In this document: positions 12,895 to 25,212 of the stretch, piece by piece
Layout: the number at the start of each line of letters is the position of its first letter
Position numbering within the stretch: the stretch's first letter is position 1
NCBI GenBank assembly: GCA_002269645.1
Contig: NIVC01002149.1
Coordinates: 26,060-90,059 of the forward strand
Source of the DNA: Macrostomum lignano
Taxonomy: Eukaryota
DNA length: 64,000 nt
Direction: 5' to 3'
Program-made: the position numbers and the translations under genes
Notes under the pieces: model-generated
What the model saw: the letters and a program-made list of their open reading frames with translations, nothing else
What the model was told of the DNA's origin: nothing
The model's database searches: none

Positions 12895-13495
12895 ATAAAG
12901 ATTTCCCGGACCCTAGATTTCCCAGACCCTAGATTTCCCGGACCCTAGATTTCCCAGACACTAGATTTCCCAGACCCTAGATTTCCCAGACCCTAGATTT
13001 CCCAGACCCTAGATTTCCCAGACCCTAGATTTCCCAGACCCTAGATTTCCAAGACCCTAGATTTCCAAGACCCTAGATTTCCAAGACCCTAGATTTCCTA
13101 GACCCTAGATTTCCCGGACCTGAGATTTCCCGGACCCGAGATTTCTTGGACCCGAGATTTCCCAGACTCTAGATTTCCCAGACCCTAGATTTCCTAGACC
13201 CTAGATTTCCCGGACCTGAGATTTCCCGGACCCGAGATTTCCCAGACTCTAGATTTCCTAGACCCTAGATTTCCCGGACCTGAGATTTCCCGGACCCGAG
13301 ATTTCTTGGACCCGAGATTTCCCAGACTCTAGATTTCCCAGACCCTAGATTTCCTAGACCCTAGATTTCCCGGACCTGAGATTTCCCGGACCCGAGATTT
13401 CCCAGACTCTAGATTTCCCAGACCCTAGATTTCCCAGACCCTAGATTTCCTAGACCCTAGATTTCCTAGACCCTAGATTTCCAGGACCATAGAGG
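12895..13495. repeat. 16-bp minisatellite (gaccctagatttccca)
   Basis: Direct inspection; between the PEF stop and the NOX start. Confidence 0.95.
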
Positions 13496-13609
13496 ACCTT
13501 AAAACTACTCAAGCATAGGCTTTGTGAGTAAAGTTAATGCTAGCACCCCTGACTAATGGAACTGCCTTAAATGTAGAAGTGCTGCGTCGCAATGACCTGT
13601 TATCCCCGG

Positions 13610-14735
13610 TTAATCGCCGACAACTCGCTGAGTGAGGAACTCCTCCAAAGATGCAGGGCAGGCAGCGCCGCCGCGTTCGGCGACCTCCTGCAGCAGCCAG
13701 AACTGCTCGGCGTGCCGGTGAATCAGCGAGTTCAACAAGACGAAGCCGTCCAGGTCGAGCAGCTGCGTCTCGGCGGCGCAGAATTTGTGCATCGCCCGGT
13801 GCAAAAAGTTGGCGGACAGCAGGCAGTCCGGGTGGATTTGCAGCACGGCGCTTCGCAGCTGGCGGCAGTCAATGTGCCCGGAGCCATCATCGTCGGTTTC
13901 TAGGAAAACGTGGATCCAGTGACGCACGCGACCGCAGATTTCCTGATTAGGGTGGGGGCAGGGAATTTCGGGAAATTCGCGGCTTTTACTACTGACAAGG
14001 TTAGGAAGTAGTGTTTACAGAAAATTAATTCGTACTGAGTAACTAAAACACTGCATGTAGAACCACATGCAGAATGGCCACTCAAAGTCTTTCCAATACA
14101 AAGAAAAGAAATATGTGGAAAGACACTTTCTAAGCATATTGAGCGCCTATTATTAATACAATCTGTCCGTTTTGGCCATAGACAAAAACCCAGAACAGAC
14201 GCCCAAATGCAAATAGTATTAAGTGTTTAACAATGTAGCTTTTCTAGGCTAGCGATCCTTATCTGAAGGGTACCGCTACCAATTTGGAACTGAGGGTTGG
14301 CGCTACTATGCGGATCTGGGGGGGGGTTGGCGCCATTATGCGGATCTGAAGGGGTGGCGCCACTATGCGGATCTGAGGGGTGGCACCATTATGCCTTATA
14401 CCAATTATAAATAGGCTTCATCAAACCTCCGAAGCCCTCACTTTGAACTCCTCAAAGCCAACGGAGTCGCTGCCACCCGAAGAGAAGTGCTGAACCAACG
14501 TCTGGCATGTGCCAATAGAAAACTGCTGACAGCTGTCCGTCAGCAGCACCTGCTGCAGTTCAGGGGCGGAAATTCTGCCATTCGAGTTGCTGTCGGCAAT
14601 TCGAAACCACTCAGTCACATCAGTGCCGTCTGTGGCATCAGTTGGAGCTGGGCACTCAGTCAGGGTCTGCAGCATCTCATTTGTTTCTTTTTCCGCCTCC
14701 TCATAGTCCGGCTTGTTGGCATTAAATAAAAACGA
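13610..14735 (-). CDS. Penta-EF-hand family Ca2+-binding protein (ALG-2/PDCD6, peflin or sorcin-like); first exon not located
   Basis: Exons 14442-14735 (tttcag| ... |gtgagg) and 13610-13942 (aatcag|, TAA at 13610), both phase 0. EF loops DSNSNGRISAPE and DDDGSGHIDCRQ; GFEEFK..W..VF linker typical of PEF proteins. Confidence 0.75.
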
Positions 14736-15817
14736 CTGAAATAATTTTCTGTCTTGTGACTTTTCAAGAGCTAAAATTGTAGCCTTTCTAATCTCCTAAT
14801 CTTTATAAACTTTAATTTTAAACTTATATAATTTTTAGCTAAAAAAGTTTAAAGTATAAAAAGAGCTTGCAAAGCTATACAAATTAATTTTTTGCTCATC
14901 AATCCATATAAACTAGACAAGACACAGATACTTTTCATTGTATAAAATTTCGTTTTAAGTTTATTCAATAAAAAGCTTAATTTAGTTCAAGCTGTTTAGC
15001 TTTGTAATTGCTTTCTGAAAGTGTCCATTGACACTTGATTCTTATAGAATGTTCAATAGTTAAAAGAGAAGTAAAGTTATATTTTGAAATTTGCATAAAA
15101 TATAGAGCTTAAAATATTTTAACACTTGCTTTGTGACCTGGATCTGAAAATCCGAAAATCCAAAAACTGAACATTGTACTTATTCTATTGTATAACATCT
15201 GCACACAATAAATTAATATGGTATACAATTAACCGTCATGCAAATGTAACTGTGCTGGACAACCTTAATGAATAAGAAAGCAATAAATTATATGGATGGA
15301 TCCAACAAACACGAGAATGTCAAAAAATGCAATGAAAAATAGCGGAAAAGTCTATAGCTTCTTAGAAAAAGTTGAACTTAAAATTTTAAAACGCTTGAGC
15401 AGTAAATAAAACAAAACGAAATTAAATAAATGCGAAAATCTTTGTAAAAGCTTTTTAGCTTAACAATTCTTAAATTTTCTTAACGTAAACACAATACAAA
15501 TTTTTTTTTCATATTTCCATATTCTGCAAACTTTACAAAGCGTTGACATGGTTTCGTTCTTAACTAGGTATAACAAATCCGATTTAAAGTTTTTGCAAAT
15601 TTAATTATAAAAAATTTCTGTGTTTTTTAAATTATATATAAGTTTAGTTTCGTTTGAAACTATTAACACATTTAACACAGATTAAAAATGTCTCTATGGT
15701 GATGAAAATCTTTTAAAGTAAAGAATCTGCACATTTTCTGACTCTCAACTGGCGGGCGTTTAACTAGTAAAAGTAATTTTTTCTTTGATTTTTTGTTTTC
15801 TTGGATCTCATTAGAAA

Positions 15818-18800
15818 ATGTCGGACGGATCAGAAGAGGAGGAAGAACAGGGCATGAACCTGGGCGTAAGTGATTTTACTGTTCTATTTAGTCCGATTTG
15901 TATAAGAATGACTATATATGGACCTCAGAATTCCTGTACACTACTCGTACTATGTTATATGTTATCGTTAGTAGCTAAAAATCATTTTGGTATCATAAAC
16001 AGCATTGAAGTGCTTGAATGCAAAAAAATGAATTTTATGGAATATACAAACTATCCAATAGAATATAAACTGTTGAGCTTACTAGAGTTCTGTTTTATGA
16101 AACTATAAACAAACTAAAATTATTATGCCATTTCGTATATAACCTTGCGGTTAATTTTTTAGGAGTACGAAGGCGAGAGGAACGAACGCGATGAGAGGCA
16201 CGGCCACGGTAAGGCGACCCTGCCAAATGGGGACACGTATGTCGGAGAGTACGAGAATGGCAAGCGGCATGGATCTGGACTATACCGGCAAGTGGATTCT
16301 TACCCTAATTTTATAGCCCCGGTGCATTTTCACCATATTAACAACCGTTGGATATTAATTTAGGTTCAAGAACGGCGCCCGCTACGAAGGTCAGTACCAG
16401 AAGAACAAGAAGCATGGCAAAGGTGTGTTCATCTACCCTGACGGATCCAGATACGAAGGTGAGCCATTTTAAATGCCCTGCCTAAATTTGATTTACTGCG
16501 AGCTTTCACGCATTGCATGGGAATTCATCGATCCACTTTTAGGCAGCTGGATCGAGGACCAGCGATCCGGCACTGGCAAGTACATGTACGTCAATGGCGA
16601 TTATTACGAGGGCGAGTGGCACCAGCACCAGCGGCACGGCCGGGGCACGTACTTCTTCAGCGAGACCGGCTCCAAGTACGTCGGCATGTGGAAGGAGGGC
16701 AAGATGGACGGTTACGGAGAGCTGGTACACGCCAACCACAAATACGTGGGCCTGTGGCGCAAGGGCTACGTGAGTGCTCGATGGGCGGCCTGGGGAATGT
16801 AGATTTCAGTGGCTTCTTCAGGTACCGCTCCCACCGGTACTTCAGGTATCTCTCTCCCCCACCGGTGCTTCAGGTGCCTCTCTCCCCCACCGGTGCTTCA
16901 GGTGCCTCTCTCCCCCATCGGTGCTTCAGGTGCCTCTCTCCCCCACCGGTACTTCAGGTGCCTCTCTCCCCCACCGGTGCTTCAGGTGCCTCTCCCCCCA
17001 CCGGTACTTCAGGTCTCTCCCCCCACCGGTACTTCAGGTGCCTCTCCCCCACCGGTACTTCAGGTGCCTCTCCCCCCACCGGTACTTCAGGTGTCTCTCC
17101 CCCACCGGTACTTCAGGTACCTCTCCCCACCGGTACTTCAGGTCTCTCCCCCCACCGGTACTTCAGGTGTCTCTCCCCCACCGGTACTTCAGGTGCCTCT
17201 CCCCCACCGGTACTTCAGGTCTCTCCCCCCATCGGTACTTCAGGTGCCTCTCCCCCACCGGTACTTCAGATGCCTCTCCCCCCACCGGTACTTCAGGTGC
17301 CTCTCCCCCCACCGGTACTTCAGGTATCTCTCCCCCCACCGGTACTTCAGGTGCCTCCCCCCACCGGTACTTCAGGTACCTCTCCCCCCACTGGTACTTC
17401 AGGAGCCTCTCCCACCCACCGTTACTTCGGGTGCCTCTCCCTCCACCGGTGCTTCAGGTGCCTCTCCCAAATCATCGCACAGACATGGTAGAAACTGAAT
17501 GCCTTCAAAGCTGCAAAAAACCTCATTCCAGATGGACGGCAAGGGCAAGTACGTGTTTGATGTGGGCTGCCAGCAGCACGGAGAATACCAAGCTGTTGAA
17601 CAGGTGCGCATATTGAGTTTCATTTTCCTGGTCCCCTGTTTCGGGGAGCGCATGATACTCAGCAGTTTGAACTCCCAGTGAATCTTAATCAGAAGACTGT
17701 TCAAAACTGCCATTCCCCAAAAAAGCAGATAGGCATGAAGCCAGATTCAGCTAGCGGAGTCCGCAAGGTACTTTTAAACTGCCAATTCATCACTTTTTCA
17801 AGTTTTTAGTTTTTTATACTCATGCTTTTTCACTTCTAGATTTGCTCAAGATATTTGTTTCTTATGGTTTTGAACTTTTGGTTTTCTGATGCATCTTGAA
17901 TTTGGGATAAAACTGTAAAATTGACGCATTCTAACTAAGATACTCAATGTACTTTTAACTGTATGCTTTTTGCACTTCTATGTGCGCCGAGTCTTTCAGC
18001 TGTCACAAATTTTTTCGATTAGAGAATGTAACTTCATTGCACTTTTAAAGCTGGCTTAGAAATCTGAAGTTCGCAATGTACTTTTAAACAGGCCGCCGAC
18101 GACAAAGGTGAAGAGGAGGAGGAGGCGGCCATCATCGTGCCCAAGTGGAAGGCCGGCGCCATCACGAAGATCACCGAGGACGCGCCGCCGCCCATGACCT
18201 CGGCTGACCCCACCGGAGCGATGGAGCAGCCGGACGCTGAGGCGGCGGGAGACGAGGAGGGAGACGGTGAGCTGCGACTTTGAGCTCTTTGATTGCCTGA
18301 GTTTCCTGAGTCTGAGACTGACGGTGCGAATCTGGGATAGGAAGCGATAATTCGTTGTACAGGCTGCTTGTACAGTGCATTCAACATGTACAGGCTGCTT
18401 GTACAGTGCATTCAACATGTACAGGCTGCTTGTACAGTGCATTCAACATGTACAGGCTACTTGTACAGTGCATTCAACATGTACAGGCTGCTTGTACAGT
18501 GCATTCAACATGTACAGGCTACTTGTACAGTGCATTCAACATGTACAGTCTACTTGTACAGTGCATTTAACATGTACAGGCTGCTTGTACAGTGCATTCA
18601 ACATGTACAGGCTGCTTGTACAGTGCATTCAACATGTACAGGCTGCTTGTACAGTGCATTCAACATGTACAGGCTGCTTGTACAGTGCATTCAACATGTA
18701 CAGGCTACTTGTACAGTACATTCAACATGTACAGGCTGCTTGTACAGTGCATTCAACATGTACAGGCTACTTGTACAGTGCATTCAACATGTACAGTCTA

Positions 18801-20345
18801 CTTGTACAGTGCATTCAACATGTACAGGCTACTTGTACAGTGCATTCAACATGTACAGGCTGCTTGTACAGTGCATTCAACATGTACAGGCTACTTGTAC
18901 AGTACATTCAACATGTACAGGCTACTTGTACAGTGCATTCAGACTACATGTAGAGGTTTTTGCTGGTATATTAAGCTAAATTGACTTTTAGTTGTCTCTG
19001 ACGTGCTTTCACATGCTTGTATCGGCGCATATCGCTGGGATCTCTTGACCCTAACTCTTAAAAGTACTTATGCAGTCTGTAAAAGTAACAGTTTTGGTTT
19101 TATTCATAACAAAAAATCGCGTTTTTCCTCCCCTTCTGCCCATTGAAAACTCAGAGGTTCCGAGTTCGAACAGCCGGCACTGATTGAGCGGTTTGGGATT
19201 CCCACCAGAGCCCCAATGATTTTGTGCATGATTTTTTATTGACCGAAAAACTTTTTTTAATTTTCCTCCCAAATTTTGCACTGCATTGATTTCCAAGCTA
19301 CTATGAGTAGTAGATGCCCCAAATGTACAGACTGAACTCGCTAATCTGTGTCGGCTTGTTATCGGGCCTCCCACACGCACAGCAGAGGCTGATCAGGCAG
19401 AGTAAGTGCTCATTTACTTGTGTAGTCACCCAGCATGCTTCCTTGCTTATTACTAAGGTAAATGTGCCTTAGCATCTGTTTTCTCTGATGGTAGCGGTGG
19501 GCAGTTGACTCTACTTTGCAATCGTCGTTATATAAAACTATTTTCGCACTAAATGTACTGCTCGCCAACCGGTTGCATTGATTATTTAAAAAGTACTTAC
19601 TGACCGAATATCTGCTGCAAGAACTGTCCCACTTATTACTGTATTTCCGGCACAAACCTTTAAGAAATGCAGACCATTTAAAACGGACACGATGTACTTT
19701 TCTGATTTCTGCTTGAACATTTCTAATGTGTTAAACTTTTCAAAACACCCCTTACTACCTATCGTAAGGCCTTGGCGAAAAAAGGAATCTTAAACTTTTA
19801 ATTTGAAAGCCAGGCCTCCAACACAACCTCATCCCGACTTGAAAATTGAAAATTGCCTGGTTCTTAAGATATGCTTATGAGCTCAAGCAGCTATAAGCAC
19901 TGCGTACTTTTACTGAACTCTTCCACTTTCTCAACTCCCGCCCTCCGCACAATCCTCGAAACACAACAAAAATTAAAAGCGCACAACTTTACCTTTTTTA
20001 CTCTACTGATACTGATACTGATACTATACTCTACTGCCCGGACGGCAGTAGTCAAATGCGAATATTCAAAATAAAATTTACTTGAGCTGTTAAAAATTTC
20101 CAAATTTTTTCTCTACTGCAGAAGAGAAGCCACTTGACGACGACGAAGCCGCGACGGCAGCCGCTCCCGCCGCCAACGACGGCGACGCGGACGCCGACGC
20201 CGCCGAGGTCGCCGACGCCCCCGACGCCGATGCCGACGCTCCCGCAGGCGACGACGCCGACGATTCGGCGCCGCCGCCTCCTCCAGACGAAGATGAAGGC
20301 GGCGACGCCCCCGCTGAAGATGCGGAGGACGCGGGAGGGGACTAA
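15818..20345 (+). CDS. RSPH1: Radial spoke head component 1 (MORN-repeat ciliary protein), 7 exons, 321 aa
   Basis: Exons 15818-15865, 16163-16287, 16364-16458, 16543-16769, 17532-17603, 18092-18266 and 20122-20345. MORN repeats ([36 protein letters not shown]), [23 protein letters not shown] and an acidic tail match RSPH1. Intron 2 is GC-AG. Confidence 0.93.
16815..17470. repeat. About 26-bp minisatellite (ctctcccccaccggtacttcaggtgc)
   Basis: Direct inspection; RSPH1 intron 4. Confidence 0.95.
18355..18945. repeat. 31-bp minisatellite (tgtacaggctgcttgtacagtgcattcaaca), about 19 copies
   Basis: Direct inspection; RSPH1 intron 6. Confidence 0.95.
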
Positions 20346-20867
20346 ATTTGCATATGCTAATTAGATTGACCTTCTCTGTACCCCCAACGTAAGGTATTTC
20401 TGGTTTGCGCTTTTGACTTAGCGAGTTCGCCTACTTAAATGATCATGTATTAGTAGTATGTTTGAACATTTTAAGAAGCAAAAATATGTATGTGTTTTCT
20501 ATAAAATTCGCTTTAATCTTTAACAGCCCCCTTTAATATCCTCCTGCAGAATTAAACGCCCTCTGCCTCACGGCAGCAACTATTTCAGCGCATCCCAACT
20601 GAAAAATACACTGGCTGAGCAGTTAAGACCGGATTGATTTGCAGTCCCAGATTATTGCCGGCAAAGGTTCCTGTCGTTTGAATTATTCACCTTGAATTAA
20701 CAAATCTGCAGGAGACTTTTGTGGCCCATGGCCTGCAGCTCAGCTGTCGGGTAGAGAATCGCTCAATGAATTATGCAAGCTCAGAGTGAGCACGTAGGCA
20801 GGCTGACAGCATCTGCTGAGTTCCGCGACCTCTCGCTGCGGAGTATCCTAGTGGACTGGACCATGGA

Positions 20868-21570
20868 GACCCGGGACTGTTGCCATGGAGACCCGGGACT
20901 GTTGCCATGGAGACCCGGGACTGTTGCCATGGAGACCCGGGACTGTTGCCATGGAGACCCGGGACTGTTGCCATGGAGACCCGGGACTGTTGCCATGGAG
21001 ACCCGGGACTGTTGCCATGGAGACCCGGGACTGTTGCCATGGAGACCCGGGACTGACCATAGAGACCCGGGACTGTTGCCATGGAGACCCGGGACTGTTT
21101 CCATGGAGACCCGGGACTGTTGCCATGGAGACCCGGGACTGTTTCCATGGAGACCCGGGACTGTTGCCATGGAGACCCGGGACTGTAGCCATGGAGACCC
21201 GGGACTGTTGCCATGGAGACCCGGGACTGGACCATGGAGACCCGGGACTGTAGCCATGGAGACCAGGGACTGTTGCCATGGAGACCCGGGACTGACCATA
21301 GAGACCCGGGACTGTTACCATGGAGACCCGGGACTGTTGCCATGGAGACCCGGGACTGACCATAGAGACCCGGGACTGTTGCCATGGAGACCAGGGACTG
21401 TTGCCATGGAGACCCGGGACTGACCATAGAGACCCGGGACTGTTACCATGGAGACCCGGGACTGTTGCCATGGAGACCCAGGACTGGGCCATGGAGACCT
21501 GGAACTGACCATGAAGACCCGGGGCTGTTGCCATGGAGACCCGGGGCTGTTGCCATGGAGACCCGGAACT
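20868..21570. repeat. 22-bp minisatellite (ccatggagacccgggactgttg)
   Basis: Direct inspection. Confidence 0.95.
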
Positions 21571-22044
21571 GGTCACTGACTGGAGGAGGGTGAGGGACAG
21601 GGTGAGGGACAGGGTGAGACAGAGACCCGGGACTGGGCTGGAGTGGCAGAGGCTGTGCTCGGTCTCTAGGCCAGATGTTTATTTAGAAGTCCATGGCTCG
21701 CATCTAGCCCTCCCATCTGCTTCACGCTAACCTTCCATGTACGCGGGCGGGCATGCAATATTAACGAGCGGCCGAGCTGAGCCGGGCCCAACATGCAAAC
21801 GTGCGCCAAGTGGGTTGAGTGAACTGCGAGATGCGCTTGGCACTGATCTGAGTCGAGGTCATCGTGACGAGAATTTCAGACAGATATTTCCTGCAGCAGG
21901 CGGGCGCATCAATGATGAGCGGGTCAGGTTTCTCGAGATCCCGTCTGAAATACAGAGAGAGGAGTTTATGTGCGGGACAAGTTTGCTGGTAACCACTTGG
22001 ACTAGCTGGAATATTTCTAATTTTTTAGAGCATGCACGCTGGGA

Positions 22045-23750
22045 GACAGGTTGAGGGACAGGGTGAGGAGGGTGAGGGACGAGGTGAGGAGGGTGAGGAG
22101 GGTGAGGGACGAGGTGAAGAGGGTGAGGAGGGTGAGGGACGAGGTGAGGAGGGTGAGGAGGGTGAGGGACGAGGTGAGGAGGGTGAGGAGGGTGAGGGAC
22201 GAGGTGAGGAGGGTGAGGAGGGTAAGAGACAGGGTAAGGAGGGTGAGGCACAGGGTGAGGAGGGTGAGGGACAGGGTGAGGGACAGGGTGAGGGACAGGG
22301 TGAGGGACAGGGTGAGGGACAGGGTGAGGAGGGTGAGGGACAGGGTGAGGAGAGTGAGGGACAGGGTGAGGAGGGTGAGGGACAGGGTGAAGAGGGTGAG
22401 GGACAGGGTGAGGAGGGTGAGGGACAGGGTGAGGAGGGTGAGGGACAGGGTGAGGAGGGTGGGGGACAGGGTGAGGAGGGTGAGGGACAGGATGAGGGAC
22501 AGGGTGAGGAGGGTGAGGGACAGGATGAGGGACAGGGTGAGGGACAGGGTGAAGAGGGTGAGGGACAGGGTGAGGGACAGGGTGAGGGACAGGGTGAGGG
22601 ACAGGGTGAGGGACAGGGTGAGGGACAGGGTGAAGAGGGTGAGGGACAGGTTGAGGGACAGGGTGAGGGACAGGGTGAGGGACAGGGTGAGGGACAGGGT
22701 GAGGGACAGGGTGAAGAGGGTGAGGGACAGGTTGAGGGACAGGGTGAGGGACAGGGTGAGGAGGGTGAGGGACAGGGTGAGGGACAGGGTGAGGAGGGTG
22801 AGGGACAGGATGAGGGACAGGGTGAGGAGGGTGAGGGACAGGATGAGGGACAGGGTGAGGAGGGTGAGGGACAGGGTGAGGGACAGGGTGAGGAGGGTGA
22901 GGGACAGGGTGAGGGACAGGGTGAGGGACAGGGTGAAGAGGGTGAGGGACAGGGTGAGGGACAGGGTGAGGGACAGGGTGAGGGACAGGGTGAAGAGGTT
23001 GAGGGACAGGGTGAGGGACAGGGTGAGGAGGGTGAGGGACAGGGTGAGGGACAGGGTGAGGAGGGTGAGGGACAGGGTGAGGGACAGGGTGAGGGACAGG
23101 GTGAAGAGGGTGAGGGACAGGGTGAGGGACAGGGTGAGGGACAGGGTGAAGAGGGTGAGGGACAGGGTGAGGGACAGGGTGAGGGACAGGGTGAAGAGGT
23201 TGAGGGACAGGATGAGGGACAGGGTGAGGAGGGTGAGGGACAGGGTGAGGGACAGGGTGAGGAGGGTGAGGGACAGGGTGAGGGACAGGGTGAGGGACAG
23301 GGTGAAGAGGGTGAGGGACAGGGTGAGGGACAGGGTGAGGGACAGGGTGAAGAGGTTGAGGGACAGGGTGAGGGACAGGGTGAGGGACAGGATGAGGAGG
23401 GTGAGGGACAGGATGAGGGACAGGGTGAGGAGGGTGAGGGAGAGGGTGAGGGACAGGGTGAGGGACAGGGTGAGGAGGGTGAGGGACAGGATGAGGGACA
23501 GGGTGAGGAGGGTGAGGGACAGGGTGAAGGACAGGGTGAGGGACAGGGTGAAGGACAGGGTGAGGAGGGTGAGGGACAGGGTGAAGGACAGGGTGAGGAG
23601 GGTGAGGGACAGGGTGAAGGACAGGGTGAGGAGGGTGAGGGACAGGGTGAAGGACAGGGTGAGGAGGGTGAGGGACAGGGTGAAGGACAGGGTGAGGAGG
23701 GTGAGGGACAGGGTGAAGAGGGTGAGGAGGGTGAGGGACAGGGTAAGGAG
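22045..23750. repeat. G-rich 12-bp/9-bp satellite (gagggacagggt / gaggagggt)
   Basis: Direct inspection. Confidence 0.97.
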
Positions 23751-24209
23751 GGGGGGGATAGCTGATCGACCAATTGAGGAAGCTCAGAGAGAGTTGATAG
23801 TGGAAATAGAGACAAGCAGTTAAACTTTGAGTTCAAAATCTACTTTAGATTCTGCATTTGAAAAATGTTGCCCAAGTTCACAGTCAAATTTCATAGTTAT
23901 CAAACTCTGTCAAATTTGCAATTTTTCTAGCCTGCAACTTTCTGTCTCCATGGCAACCAGCCGTTAGTACCGACCCGCAGCAGCCGCCTCTCTCCCGCCT
24001 TCTGCACGGCCAAACAATAAAGCTGTTTACCCGCCCTGTTCAGTTGTGGAACTGCGCTTGAAGTGTTTGATAGGTCATGTGCAGCCACCAGGCTATCAGT
24101 TGCAGACTGAGGGAGGCTCCAGCTTCGTTCGCCTGGCCAATGGAGGAGGCCCTTCTCACTGTTGAGGACACCAGCGTGAACCACTTATGCTGCTGATGAC
24201 CTGCAATAT

Positions 24210-24815
24210 GAGCTGGTCTCTGAGCTGGTCTCTGAGCTGGTCTCTGAGCTGGTCTCTGAGCTGGTCTCTGAGCTGGTCTCTGAGCTGGTCTCTGAGTTTT
24301 GAGCTGGTCTCTGAGCTGGTCTCTGAGCTGGTCTCTGAGTTTTGAGCTGGTCTCTGAGCTGGTCTCTGAGTTTTGAGCTGGTCTCTGAGCTGGTCTCTGA
24401 GCTGTGAGCTGGTCTCTGGGCTGAGATGGTCTCTGAGCTGGTCTCTGAGCTGTGAGATGGTCTCTGAGCTGTGAGATGGTCTCTGAGCTGTGAGATGGTC
24501 TCTGAGCTGTGAGCTGGTCTCTGGGCTGAGATGGTCTCTGAGCTGGTCTCTGAGCTGTGAGATGGTCTCTGAGCTGTGAGATGGTCTCTGAGCTGTGAGA
24601 TGGTCTCTGAGCTGTGAGATGGTCTCTGAGCTGTGAGATGGTCTCTGAGCTGTGAGATGGTCTCTGAGAGCTGTGAGATGGTCTCTGAGCTGTGAGATGG
24701 TCTCTGAGAGCTGTGAGATGGTCTCTGAGCTGTGAGATGGTCTCTGAGAGCTGTGAGATGGTCTCTGAGCTGTGAGATGGTCTCTGAGCTGTGAGCTGGT
24801 CTCTGAGCTGGGCTA
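24210..24815. repeat. 12/19-bp minisatellite (gagctggtctct / gagctgtgagatggtctct)
   Basis: Direct inspection. Confidence 0.95.
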
Positions 24816-25212
24816 TGAGACGTGCCATTCATTTGGGGTATGCTATGACCCCAGTAGTAAATTGCAGAGCTGAAAAGGTAATGAGAATTAAAAGTACATT
24901 CAAATATGCTCAGGAGACAAAGTTCTGCAAGCCATTTGCTATTGAGCAATCAATAAAAGCTTCTTGGAACTCGCAAGCCAGAATTTGTGGCGCAGCTCCG
25001 AGAGCTCCGACGCTATTGGAGCAAAATGATTCGCTTAGCATTTGGCTAAAAGTGTGCCCCCGCAATGTCTGTCTTGCTGAGCGATTTTCCAGCACTGAAG
25101 AAACTCAGCTGGCCGCTTGCCTGTCTTTTAGAAGATCGTGTCTCTTTAGAAACGCGTTGCTGAAGAAATTTAAAGTTTTCTGGGACAGTACAAGACTCTT
25201 TTTTTCGAGTAG

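Noticed and set aside
20031-20051. Hairpin CTACTGCC-5nt-GGCAGTAG after a (CTGATA)n run as a Helitron 3' end
   Set aside because: No convincing 5' TC end or element boundary identified.
22025-23836. 577-603-aa EG/RD/PSPC-rich ORFs
   Set aside because: Products of the 12/9-bp satellite, open in several frames on both strands, with no splice support.
20771-24200. Minus-strand multi-exon gene built from unique islands at 20.77-20.85, 21.74-21.95 and 23.93-24.2 kb
   Set aside because: Splice-like sites exist, but the frames contain stops or inconsistent phases and show no recognisable domain.
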